From a virus (Duplodnaviria; Caudoviricetes), in the IMG/VR virus record IMGVR_UViG_3300032315_000554, positions 1 to 60,928 of that record: DNA of 60,928 bases; one strand, 5' to 3'. Of the stretch, positions 35,894-45,602 are shown piece by piece; the first letter of the stretch is position 1; the number at the start of each line of letters is the position of its first letter. Made by a program: the position numbers and the translations under genes. The notes below the pieces were generated by a model. It made no database searches and was not told the DNA's origin. It saw only the letters and a program-made list of their open reading frames with translations.

Positions 35894-38800
35894 ATGTTTG
35901 TCTCGCAGATATTTGACGAGGCAGCAGAGATTCTTGGCACCACTGATACTGCCAAGATATTCCGAAAACTGACTCAAGCCCTACAGACTCTCATGGAGTC
36001 TGGTCACTGGATGCACGTCACCAGTGAGGTGGATGTGTGTACCGGATGGGACAAGTGTACCGTCACGCTACCAAGAGAAATCGAGGTTCCACTAGCCATT
36101 AACGTCGATGGAAGCCCTGTCTATTTCAGGAACCGTCTTTTCCAGTATCACGTCAATAAGGGCGGAGTCTACAACACGGTAGACTGGGCATGGGATGACC
36201 GGGGCTTTGTTGCGACCATGATGGACATCGTTCAGCCGTCACAATTGATTGCTGTCGCAGAATCTGACAATGACGCCGGGAAGCACCTCAGGATATTGGG
36301 TACAGACTCAAACAATAGAATCCTTAGGAGCCAGACAACAAACGGAGTTGGTGTAGACGGTCTCATTCTTCCGATCCACAGCCAGAGCGACTTTCAGTTT
36401 GGTACCATCACCCCTGACGGATCGACGATCCGCACTCGGGACGCCGCAATCACACCTCTCGGAAAATTTACTACCACAACTCCGCACACGCTCAACTCTG
36501 GAGAGGGCGGATCAATCACTGCTATAACAGGAACTATCCCGGAGCCGCTTCAGAACGGACAGCGGTACTATGTAGGGGTTGTAGACTCTTTAACTATTCA
36601 GCTTTACAGCGACTCTCTAAATGCTCAAGCGGGAGACTACCACATTCAATTACAAAGTGTCTTAGATGCTGGTCAGATTAAGTTTTCTGACTCCCGGTCT
36701 TCTCACGTTGTTACTGCCTTAAAACTTTCTCAAACCCCCCTTGTCGCAATCGATGCGGCGAATCCGGTAACTTTCCCGGCGCAACTTCTTCCGGCACCGT
36801 TAATCTCTGGAGCAACATACTTTGCCAACCTCATTGATCCTCTAAATCTTCAGATATTTGCATCGCTGTCTGACGCTCAAAACAATCGTGATCCCGTATA
36901 CACCTCGGGATCCATAAACTCGATAAATGTCGATATCCGTAAAAGTGTATCTCCACAAACCGAGCTAGAATTCAATGTGGATCACTTTTTTGCTACCGGA
37001 GATCAGGTTCAAGCAGTGACCAATGGTGGCGTACTCCCTCAACCGTTGATCGGAGGAAGCAACTACTATGTTCGGGCAATTAATTCCAAGACGGTAACTC
37101 TTCACCCGTCCGCATCTGACGCATTCACTAATACAAACGCCATTAATATGGTGTCATCTGGAAGCGGGACAAACTCGTTGGTAAAACTTTTACCTGCTTC
37201 TGTTTCTGTCGGTTCACAAAACAACATAATCGTAGACGGATTTAATCTTCCAGCGGCTTCGGGAACTGGTGGCGCAGCCAAGGGATATCCCTCTGGAATT
37301 GTCACATCGTTTACGGCTGCATTTCCCATTGGAAGCGGATACACGTCAGCGCCGACAGTCTCTTTTTCGGACGCTGGCGGAGACGGGTATGTTTCTGGTC
37401 AAGTTACTCTTGAGATTTCTGGCAGCAATACAACGCCCGGATCTTTTGCTATAACAGTGACAAGTGGAGTCATAACTTCTGTGGCAGTAAGCTCTGCTGG
37501 TTCTGGTTATCAACCTGATGCCACTGTAAAAGTTATCGATCTTAGCGTTGCTCAAAACGGACGTGGAGCAGAAGTTGCCATCACGGGACTTACCCCAACT
37601 GGAGGAATCGCTGGATTTCAGATTCGAGAAGTTGGAAGCGGAGCCACTGCTACGGCACAGATTAATGCGACCAATAACATCGCTGGAATTATTCTAAACA
37701 GTCCCGGATCTGGGTATATTATTCCTCCTAGAATGTCGTTTAGTGGCGGCGGAGGTACCGTACCCTCAGGATCGATACCAGTTGTTTCTATTACGACATC
37801 ATTTTTAGAAGAAATTGTAGTAACAAGTAAGGGATCAGGTTACCAAACAGCCCCGGCTGTTGTCATCACTGGCGGTGGTGGTTCCGGTGCAGTCGCGACT
37901 TCTGTCGTTCAGAATGGGCAGATCGTTGAGGTAAATATTATAACGAAGGGTACGGGATACACGTCTCCACCCACTATTGCTTTTAGACCTTCAACCGGAG
38001 TGTTCGTCTCATTCTCTACGACCGGAACTTTCCCGTCTCCTTTGACGCAAGGTTCTTCATACCGAGCGGAGGCTCCGTTCTCAACGTCAGGGTTCACGGC
38101 AGTAAACGTGGACTACAGTCCCGTGAACATTACAAGTACGGGCACTGGTCAGTTCTATGTATTGCTGTCCAGACCGTTCTCGGTGGGTTGGACGAATAGA
38201 TGGTCTGGTGACTTTTCGGGCTTGACAACTCCTGCTCCGGTATTCTTTGGAACAGACTTTGCGCTTCCATCAACATCCCCAGCAATCGACAACGGTGTCA
38301 CGCAATTCTGGCTGAACATTGATCCGACATTCGAGACTGCCAGAGCTTACAATAGCCAAACAAACGCTCAAAACGGAGGGACCGATGGGCTTGTCACGAT
38401 ACTATCGTTTGGCACTGGTCAGTCTTACTATGCTGTCAGGACATCAGTTATTCCTCAGCCTTACGACAACTTGATCGAACCCGACACGGTTGAGTTTCTT
38501 CAAGACGGAGAAGTTGTGAGGGCGTCATCTTCTGGAACGCTTCCGAGTCCACTGGTTGATGGCGTAGACTACACGGTCAAAATTTTCGGAAACAATGTCA
38601 GGCTATATGACTCCTTGGGAAACCTTGTGATCATTACCACTCCGGGCATTGGTCACCTGAGCATCGACATCGAAAGAATGTTGACGGCTCAGCCTTCCAC
38701 AAGCATCGATGCGGAAGCATCGTTGTATTACACAGGACAGTCCATAACGGTACGTCCAAGAGACGGGGACACTCTTCCAAGTCCTCTGGTTGCGGGGACG

Positions 38801-39391
38801 AGTTACTATGTGAGAAAACTGGACGCGAACTCCTTTGAGCTTTATGCCACCAAAGCGAACGCTACGAATGAACCGTCTACAACGGGAAGAATCAGTTTTC
38901 TAACAGCAGGCAACTCGGCGGACAGCACGTTTATCATCGATGCTGTTGAGGATCCAATCTTCGTCAAGTCTGTCTCTAATGTTGAGAAGCCTTTGACCGA
39001 TGGATTTGTTTCTCTTTATGCGTTCGACTTCGGTCGCACGAATGACATGACGCTTATCGGGCAATATCACCCGAGTGAGGTCAATCCAATGTATAGAAGA
39101 GTTCGCGTTGGAAAACCGTGTGCGTGGGTAAGGATTATCTACCGGGTTAAGACGCCAAATATCACGTCTATTTACGACTATATTCCAATCGAGCATGAAC
39201 GTGCGATTCTGACAGCACTGCATGCTGTTGATCTCGAAGACAAAGACTTTGCCGATCAAGCTACTCGTTACTGGGGGATAGCGTTTAACTACCTCAGGAA
39301 CCAGCAGGACAGCTTGGACGGTCATGCGATGGCAACTCCTCAGATTAACAACATTACCTATGGAGACGGAACTGACCCGGTAATGACGTAG
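35894..39391 (+). CDS. Head-tail adaptor/tail protein with large repetitive beta insertion (1165 aa)
   Basis: Helical N- and C-termini; six P.PL..G..Y repeats and six G(S/T/D)GY repeats; precedes the nozzle. Confidence 0.7.
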   Translation: MFVSQIFDEAAEILGTTDTAKIFRKLTQALQTLMESGHWMHVTSEVDVCTGWDKCTVTLPREIEVPLAINVDGSPVYFRNRLFQYHVNKGGVYNTVDWAWDDRGFVATMMDIVQPSQLIAVAESDNDAGKHLRILGTDSNNRILRSQTTNGVGVDGLILPIHSQSDFQFGTITPDGSTIRTRDAAITPLGKFTTTTPHTLNSGEGGSITAITGTIPEPLQNGQRYYVGVVDSLTIQLYSDSLNAQAGDYHIQLQSVLDAGQIKFSDSRSSHVVTALKLSQTPLVAIDAANPVTFPAQLLPAPLISGATYFANLIDPLNLQIFASLSDAQNNRDPVYTSGSINSINVDIRKSVSPQTELEFNVDHFFATGDQVQAVTNGGVLPQPLIGGSNYYVRAINSKTVTLHPSASDAFTNTNAINMVSSGSGTNSLVKLLPASVSVGSQNNIIVDGFNLPAASGTGGAAKGYPSGIVTSFTAAFPIGSGYTSAPTVSFSDAGGDGYVSGQVTLEISGSNTTPGSFAITVTSGVITSVAVSSAGSGYQPDATVKVIDLSVAQNGRGAEVAITGLTPTGGIAGFQIREVGSGATATAQINATNNIAGIILNSPGSGYIIPPRMSFSGGGGTVPSGSIPVVSITTSFLEEIVVTSKGSGYQTAPAVVITGGGGSGAVATSVVQNGQIVEVNIITKGTGYTSPPTIAFRPSTGVFVSFSTTGTFPSPLTQGSSYRAEAPFSTSGFTAVNVDYSPVNITSTGTGQFYVLLSRPFSVGWTNRWSGDFSGLTTPAPVFFGTDFALPSTSPAIDNGVTQFWLNIDPTFETARAYNSQTNAQNGGTDGLVTILSFGTGQSYYAVRTSVIPQPYDNLIEPDTVEFLQDGEVVRASSSGTLPSPLVDGVDYTVKIFGNNVRLYDSLGNLVIITTPGIGHLSIDIERMLTAQPSTSIDAEASLYYTGQSITVRPRDGDTLPSPLVAGTSYYVRKLDANSFELYATKANATNEPSTTGRISFLTAGNSADSTFIIDAVEDPIFVKSVSNVEKPLTDGFVSLYAFDFGRTNDMTLIGQYHPSEVNPMYRRVRVGKPCAWVRIIYRVKTPNITSIYDYIPIEHERAILTALHAVDLEDKDFADQATRYWGIAFNYLRNQQDSLDGHAMATPQINNITYGDGTDPVMT

Positions 39392-39392
39392 C

Positions 39393-41522
39393 ATGAAATC
39401 CGATCAGATTAACTCTGGAAGACTTGTAAAGGTCAGCACTGGTTGGACTCAGGGCGTCAATAGTGTACGCAACCCGTGGGCGCTACCGGAGAACCAATTA
39501 AAGTGGGGAGTAAACGTCACTGTGCGCGGAGGAATTGCACAGACTCGACCGGGGTATTCCATGCGCCTATCTCTTCCTGCTGGAAATTTTCAAGGAGGCA
39601 TATTCTTTGCGAGCAACAAGCAGTTTAGCGCACCGATAAAAAACACGGTTGGTGGTAAACAAGTAATTTCCCCGGCAAAAATATTTACACCTGATGGCAA
39701 TGGAGTTGTGGCCTCAGAAATCCCGTACATCGTTTTTGCTGTGGATGGCATTGTTTACTACGCACCGTTTCCATTGTCGCAGCCAAAGAACTGGTCTGAC
39801 TACCAGCTTACAGGAATAGAGATGGATCCCAACGTCAGCCAGTGTGTGTTTGCTCTGGCTACGCAGTCCGCGAGCATTAGCTCTGGAGGTGATGCTACCG
39901 TTACGCCTGCACATCGTATGGTAATGATTCAGGACGGCGTTTCTGCGCCTTCTTATTGGGACGGCTCAAACACAACTGGAGTTCAGTCAGAAAACATTCC
40001 GGTCGGAACATGGATGGCTTACTCTGGCAATCGAATGTGGATAGCGGACAAGAACATTGTGCTGGCTTCTGACTTGGGCGACCCAACAAGTTGGAGGGAA
40101 AGAACAACTGGCGCCGGAAGAGGTGATTTTAGCTTTTCCAGACCAGTCACAGGCTTGGTCTCATACGTTGGTCAAAACACAGACACTCGCTTGATCGTAT
40201 TCACTGACAGGTCCACTTTCTCGTTGGCTTCAGGTGTGCTTGATCGTGAATCGTGGACGAGCACACAAAACTTTCAAAACACGTTATACCCAACCGTGGG
40301 ATGCATCGCCGGGAAGAGCATAGCTTTTCAAGCAGGTCAAATGTGGTGGTATTCTCAGGGAGGTCTTGTCGCTGCTGACGTTGCTGCAGCCTCGTATCTC
40401 TCGTCTCAGGTTCTCTACAAGGACATTGAGATGGCGCGGACAAAGCGTTTCATATCCGGCAACCAAGAAGCCATATGCGCCACATCTTTCGAGAACTATC
40501 TCCTCTACTCGGTCCCATACCTTGAAAATATTAATTCGGCTACGATGGTTTTGGACTATGCGGCTGCTTCAGAGTGGGGACAGTCCCGAAACCCGGCTTG
40601 GTGCGGCGTGTGGGTCGGAACAAGACCTATTGAGTGGGCTACTGGAACAGTAGACGGTCAGCCTAGATGCTTTCAGTTTTCCATCGACTATGCCGCTACC
40701 AACGATGGTTCATACAATCATTTGTGGGAATCATTCATGCCCGAGCGTGTGGACTCATATCTAAATATTAATGCAGACGGATCAACGACCTCTTTGTTCC
40801 AAAGGATATACGCTCAGATAGAAACAGCCATGCTTGGAGACGGCATGGACCTGAAGCAGTTTGTGTACGCAGAAATCGAGGGCACAGAGATTGGAGGAAC
40901 AGTTGACGTAAAGGTAAGCTATCGTGGAAGTAAGGGTTCTTACCAAGAAGTTTTACAAAAAAGAATTCTGTCTGTTACTGACAGGTATCAGTACGAGCAT
41001 TCACCGTTTGTCGATGAGATAGACAAACTTGGTTTTTTGAATACACAGTATCGGAGACTTGTGACCGAAAGCGCCACAAGAAAGCCTTCTTACGTTACTT
41101 GCGAAAGCCCAAACACCGCTGACATCGACAAGGCGTTTACAATTTTAATAGAATGGTGCGGAGAATTTGGCGTGGAAATTGTAAGACAATTTCAAGACCC
41201 GTGGGGTGAAAAATCTATTGGATCTCCAACATCTAACGAAACCATATCATGTGTTGTTGGGGAGTCTGGAGACAGTATATCAGTTGACCTGAAAGAAAGC
41301 CCGTACGACACCGGGATAGGTGATGCCAAATCTTGGTACGCAAAGGTATACAAGACCGTAAATGTGCCATGCAGCAACAGTCCCTCGTCTGTTTCTGCGA
41401 CAGCTTCGGCCACATATCTTTCATTTATTTCATACTCTCATGCCGAAGAAGAGGCTGGAGTGCTTGCTCTTCAAGCCGCCAATGCAGCGGCTCAGCAATA
41501 CAAAGCACGGAATCCCTGCTAA
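39393..41522 (+). CDS. Tail nozzle/tubular protein B-like (beta-propeller)
   Basis: GVN...PWAL.ENQ, YSGNRMW..SDLGDP and VGCIA..SI motifs; podovirus gene order. Confidence 0.7.
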   Translation: MKSDQINSGRLVKVSTGWTQGVNSVRNPWALPENQLKWGVNVTVRGGIAQTRPGYSMRLSLPAGNFQGGIFFASNKQFSAPIKNTVGGKQVISPAKIFTPDGNGVVASEIPYIVFAVDGIVYYAPFPLSQPKNWSDYQLTGIEMDPNVSQCVFALATQSASISSGGDATVTPAHRMVMIQDGVSAPSYWDGSNTTGVQSENIPVGTWMAYSGNRMWIADKNIVLASDLGDPTSWRERTTGAGRGDFSFSRPVTGLVSYVGQNTDTRLIVFTDRSTFSLASGVLDRESWTSTQNFQNTLYPTVGCIAGKSIAFQAGQMWWYSQGGLVAADVAAASYLSSQVLYKDIEMARTKRFISGNQEAICATSFENYLLYSVPYLENINSATMVLDYAAASEWGQSRNPAWCGVWVGTRPIEWATGTVDGQPRCFQFSIDYAATNDGSYNHLWESFMPERVDSYLNINADGSTTSLFQRIYAQIETAMLGDGMDLKQFVYAEIEGTEIGGTVDVKVSYRGSKGSYQEVLQKRILSVTDRYQYEHSPFVDEIDKLGFLNTQYRRLVTESATRKPSYVTCESPNTADIDKAFTILIEWCGEFGVEIVRQFQDPWGEKSIGSPTSNETISCVVGESGDSISVDLKESPYDTGIGDAKSWYAKVYKTVNVPCSNSPSSVSATASATYLSFISYSHAEEEAGVLALQAANAAAQQYKARNPC

Positions 41523-41523
41523 C

Positions 41524-41766
41524 ATGCCAACTATCTCACAGGTTTCTGTACCAGTTACAGAGTTTCCAAACAGGTTTATTAGCCCATTTGCTGATGATCC
41601 GATACCGCCGCTTTACTCTTCTATTCCTATACGGCTTGCGAATCAATCATGCTTACCTTGTGCAATTTGCGAAACAAGTCAGCAACGCGCAGCGATTATT
41701 CAGGAGCAAGCAAGAAAATTCTCTGGTTTCTCTGGTCAAAACGAAACATTTGTCGGAATAATATAA
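41524..41766 (+). CDS. Small protein with CxxCxxC (80 aa)
   Basis: ATG 41524 right after the nozzle stop. Confidence 0.7.
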   Translation: MPTISQVSVPVTEFPNRFISPFADDPIPPLYSSIPIRLANQSCLPCAICETSQQRAAIIQEQARKFSGFSGQNETFVGII

Positions 41767-41768
41767 AT

Positions 41769-42152
41769 ATGGACTCAAGTCGTATAGACTACCAATTTTT
41801 GGTACCCGGAACTCAAGCGTTTGAGGAGGTCAAGAGATTTGCCAAAGACTTCGACCACGAAATCGTCGAGAGTCCACACGTTTCATTGTGTGCTCACGTT
41901 AAAAACGGTCAATTGGTTGGGTATTCGGACCACGTTTTTGCTCCTGTCGTATACCCTGCATTTCACCCAAAATACAGTAGTCCGCGAGACGCTGTTCGAG
42001 TTATGAACGACTACAAGAGTCACGTTCAGTTCGCCAAGGGGATTGGCTATATCGGCGTACCCTTAGAGACAGACAGACCAACTTTTACAAACGAGGTGAT
42101 GACTCGATTAGGATTGACTAGAATGTACAGAGAGATTTACTGCATAACTTAA
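41769..42152 (+). CDS. GNAT-like acyltransferase (putative)
   Basis: 127 aa; KNGQLVGY beta-hairpin and NEVMTRLGL motif-B-like end; sits before the ejection genes. Confidence 0.5.
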   Translation: MDSSRIDYQFLVPGTQAFEEVKRFAKDFDHEIVESPHVSLCAHVKNGQLVGYSDHVFAPVVYPAFHPKYSSPRDAVRVMNDYKSHVQFAKGIGYIGVPLETDRPTFTNEVMTRLGLTRMYREIYCIT

Positions 42153-42166
42153 ACAGAAGGAACTAT

Positions 42167-43024
42167 ATGGGAGGACAAACAGTAAGCCCCGGAAAATACA
42201 TCTCCAAACCGGATAACACGGTGGAGACGATGACTCTTAATGCCAAGTTGGCTGCTGATAACTTGAATTTTCAGCTTGGAATGCTCGGTTTTGAGCAGCA
42301 AGCAAAGAGTCAAGAGAGGGCGCTAAAATTAGCAGCACAACTTGCCCCGAATCTTCAGCAATTCAACGCCGCGAAGACATCCGAAGAGGCGGCTGAGATG
42401 GGCATGGCAAACCTTTCTAGGTCCAGACAGTTTGAGCAGTTGGCTGATCCTGAGACTGCAAAAATGCGTAGGCAGATCGGCAAGCGTGTCGCGGACGCAA
42501 CTTCTTCAGAGGCGCTGGAGAAGTACATGAATGAGTTTGCAAAGCGCAAAGGCGTTACTGACCTCGATCAGACTGGAATTTCTCGGGACTCTACCATTGG
42601 TAGGTCTGCTATCTTTGACCAAGCAACACAGGCTGCTCGTCAATTCAATCTAGAAAATTTAGCCGCTCAGCAGGGGTATCTCGCGGCGACTCAGGCGCCA
42701 ACAGGCGGACTGGATCCGGGAGCACTCATGGAGGCAAAGCAGGCATCCGAGTCCGCAAACTTGGCAAACCTGACCGGGTGGCAGCAGAACATCATCAATG
42801 CCGCTCGGGGCATGCAGCTACAGTCTCCAATGTTTGTTCCTACCGCCGGATATCAAGACATTCTTGGACTGCAACAAGCTAACCAGCAAAACAGGCAGAA
42901 TTATCAGCAGGCAATGTATCAGGCGGCGGCTCAGAATGCCTCAAATCAAAACCAGATGACTGGTGCATACATTGGCGCTGGCGGCGCAGTTGCAGGCGCC
43001 GCTCTTGGCGCTGTAATCATCTGA
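42167..43024 (+). CDS. Internal virion/ejection protein (MGG N-terminus)
   Basis: Q/A-rich helical; C-terminal GxxxG hydrophobic segment GAGGAVAGAALGAVII. Confidence 0.75.
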   Translation: MGGQTVSPGKYISKPDNTVETMTLNAKLAADNLNFQLGMLGFEQQAKSQERALKLAAQLAPNLQQFNAAKTSEEAAEMGMANLSRSRQFEQLADPETAKMRRQIGKRVADATSSEALEKYMNEFAKRKGVTDLDQTGISRDSTIGRSAIFDQATQAARQFNLENLAAQQGYLAATQAPTGGLDPGALMEAKQASESANLANLTGWQQNIINAARGMQLQSPMFVPTAGYQDILGLQQANQQNRQNYQQAMYQAAAQNASNQNQMTGAYIGAGGAVAGAALGAVII

Positions 43025-43026
43025 CC

Positions 43027-43866
43027 ATGCAAAACCTCATAGATACAACGATAGAAAAAGCCATAAGTTGGCACAAACGCTGGCCGCGATCTGTTGTGCT
43101 TTGGTCTGGTGGAAAGGATTCCACTGCGCTGCTGCACCTTCTACGGTTTAGATGCAAGATAGACGTTCCGGTCATTCAGTACAGGGAGCCGAAGTTGCGC
43201 TGGCGTTACGCATACTCCGACAAATTAATCAAAGACTGGAATCTGGAGGTATACGACTATGCTCCGTCCAAGGTAGCCATTACTGATGGACCTGACGTAG
43301 AAACGGGCGAGCCTCGCTTCGACATGCTCAAGTACTACCAGTGGGGTTCTAAGTGCGTTGGGATGTCTTTGGGAACCGAGCGCCCGAAACCGGGTGAAGA
43401 CTTCTTGTGCGGCGTTGATGACTTTCTTTATCGTCCTACGGGCACGTTTAATTGGGTGTGGGGAGCCGTATATATTGGAACAAAATACTGCGACACTGAT
43501 TTGATCAAGGGTCACGTTCCTTTGGCTATGGACATTCGGTACAACGAAGGTTCTCCGGTTTCCTTGTATCCGATGCGAGACTGGTCAGATAAAGATATTT
43601 TTCAGTACCTAGAAGACAATGGTGTCGAGCCAGATCCAACCAGATACATCAAGGTGGATGGAAGGTGGATCAATAATCCTGACAAATCTCTTAACGCAGA
43701 CTTTTATCCAGTGTGCTTTAATTGCGTCGATAGGCACCAAGGAAGACATGTTTTCTGCCCAAAGCTAAACGCGACCATCAGCAACATATCGGATGCAGCG
43801 CCGTACGAGGATGTAGTCATCCCTGATCTTGGTTTTCGTCCGATAGTCTGGAACAAGGAGAAATAA
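43027..43866 (+). CDS. PAPS-reductase-family PP-loop protein
   Basis: LWSGGKDS PP-loop; YPMRDWSDKDIFQYL; C-terminal CFNC...CPK. Confidence 0.9.
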   Translation: MQNLIDTTIEKAISWHKRWPRSVVLWSGGKDSTALLHLLRFRCKIDVPVIQYREPKLRWRYAYSDKLIKDWNLEVYDYAPSKVAITDGPDVETGEPRFDMLKYYQWGSKCVGMSLGTERPKPGEDFLCGVDDFLYRPTGTFNWVWGAVYIGTKYCDTDLIKGHVPLAMDIRYNEGSPVSLYPMRDWSDKDIFQYLEDNGVEPDPTRYIKVDGRWINNPDKSLNADFYPVCFNCVDRHQGRHVFCPKLNATISNISDAAPYEDVVIPDLGFRPIVWNKEK

Positions 43867-43867
43867 T

Positions 43868-44296
43868 ATGGGAGGAGCAAATAAACAGAGCGGATCACCA
43901 ACTTCAGGCGCGATGCCCGAAGTTCGCACGGCAACGATTCCAACTCAACAAGATTGGAGAAATGAAATCTCCGCTCAGAGGGGCGAGCAAGACCGCGCAA
44001 ACATGGCTAAACTTTTTCTCGGGGCGTCTCAGGACATTTCCAAGCAATTTGGTCAAATGGGATCAACACAACCCAAGCCGCTTAACCAGTGGCGCGATGT
44101 GCAGAAGTACAGTCAGAATCCTTCGTCAAACAACTTGCAGTTCACGCCGCTTTCTCCTGTTGAAATCTACAATGATGAACGCTTTGCGGTTCAAAAAGGT
44201 TTGGTTTCTGGAGTTGGAAACCTAGCAAGTGGAATTCTTAGCGGACTTTCTTACCGTGGGAGCGGATCAGGATCCAATATTAACTACAAAGGATAG
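43868..44296 (+). CDS. Internal virion protein candidate (MGG N-terminus)
   Basis: G/S/Q-rich; amphipathic GLVSGVGNLASGILSGL. Confidence 0.7.
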   Translation: MGGANKQSGSPTSGAMPEVRTATIPTQQDWRNEISAQRGEQDRANMAKLFLGASQDISKQFGQMGSTQPKPLNQWRDVQKYSQNPSSNNLQFTPLSPVEIYNDERFAVQKGLVSGVGNLASGILSGLSYRGSGSGSNINYKG

Positions 44297-44416
44297 TGAA
44301 ATATTGCGACAACCTTGCAAATCTTCGGCTCGGCGAATTGCTGCGTAAATAATCACGACAAAACGCCGGACTTATTGTATAAACAAACCAACCAAAAAAA
44401 CTAGGAGGATAATAAT

Positions 44417-44980
44417 ATGGGAGGCAGAGGCGGCGGAAAATCTAAACCAGCACCAGCACCTGACAACAGTGCAATGATTGCATTGATTCAGTCGCAGATG
44501 GCACAACAGGCTGCACAATTTGAAGCGGCACAAACTGCAGCTAAAGAAGCTGAGGAACGTGCCCGTGTTGAGCAGGAAAAGGCTGCTTTAAGAGCAGAAA
44601 ATGTTGCCGCAAGCGAGAAGATGCAACAGAGCTTCACAAACGCTCAGTCCAATCTTGCTAATCTAGAAGCACGTCAACAGTTGGAAGATGCTCAGGCGCA
44701 AGAGACTGCCGCTCTGCAGTACGCCGCTACTGGCGCTGCTGCAACTGGTGGCGGATACGATATCAATGCTGCGCGTGAAGAGGCTTTGAAGAACCTTGGA
44801 GCGGCTTCTGGCACCCTTCCTAGCACGGCAATGAACCGTGTGGGCGCGGCTGCTGGACAAAATCCGGCAATGACTACTGCAGCCTCACAGCTTGCAAACA
44901 TGGGAGCAGGAGGAAGTTCTCAACGCCAAAATACTTTCACACTTCCACAAGCAAAAAATATAACATTCGGAGGATCATAA
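44417..44980 (+). CDS. Internal virion protein candidate (MGG start, FGGS end)
   Basis: A/Q-rich; SD GGAGG; paralog of the next gene. Confidence 0.8.
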   Translation: MGGRGGGKSKPAPAPDNSAMIALIQSQMAQQAAQFEAAQTAAKEAEERARVEQEKAALRAENVAASEKMQQSFTNAQSNLANLEARQQLEDAQAQETAALQYAATGAAATGGGYDINAAREEALKNLGAASGTLPSTAMNRVGAAAGQNPAMTTAASQLANMGAGGSSQRQNTFTLPQAKNITFGGS

Positions 44981-44981
44981 T

Positions 44982-45590
44982 ATGGGAGGCTCAAAGGGTA
45001 AAAATAATAAAGCGCAGCAGCAAGCAGCGCAACGTGCAGCACAACAAGCGGCTGCGCTAAGGGCACAACAAGCGGCGGCGGCGGCTCACGCTGCAGCTAT
45101 AGCTAGAGCACAACAGCAGGCCGCGCAAAATGCGCTTGCCGCTCAGCAGGCTGCAGATGCACAGGCTGCTTTGAACGCTCAAAACACTGGAGCGTATAAC
45201 GCTATGCAGGAGAGTTTTACAACAGCAACAGAAGGTGTGCTTCCTCGTCTTGCACAAGAGTCTAGGAGCGAAGACGTTGCTCGTCAGGAAATTCAAGATG
45301 CTCAATACACTGCTGCTGGTGGCGCGGCTACTGGTGGCGGAGTTGACCTTGGATCGATTCGTCAGCAGGCTTTGTCAAACCTTGGAGTTAGTGCTCCGCT
45401 TCAAATTGGCGGAGCCATTGCTGGTCCCGCGAGCACCAATAACAACCCTGCTGCGAATACTCCTACAGGAGCCGCTTCAGGCGACATGGGTGCGATGATT
45501 GCCGCCAACAAAATGGGTGGCGGAAGAAACACACCGGGCAACGTATTTCGACTTCCAAAAGCTCCGAATCTTGCATTTGGCGGATCGTAA
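44982..45590 (+). CDS. Internal virion protein candidate (MGG start, FGGS end)
   Basis: Shares QY.A.G.AATGGG.D...R..AL.NLG and N.F.LP.A.N..FGGS with 44417. Confidence 0.8.
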   Translation: MGGSKGKNNKAQQQAAQRAAQQAAALRAQQAAAAAHAAAIARAQQQAAQNALAAQQAADAQAALNAQNTGAYNAMQESFTTATEGVLPRLAQESRSEDVARQEIQDAQYTAAGGAATGGGVDLGSIRQQALSNLGVSAPLQIGGAIAGPASTNNNPAANTPTGAASGDMGAMIAANKMGGGRNTPGNVFRLPKAPNLAFGGS

Positions 45591-45602
45591 AAAGGTTTAG
45601 CT

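Noticed and set aside
43027-43866. Dnd/Ssp phosphorothioation system or sulfate-assimilation auxiliary gene
   Set aside because: No dnd/ssp partners, cysteine desulfurase or cys genes were recognised, and the context is structural; not fully excluded
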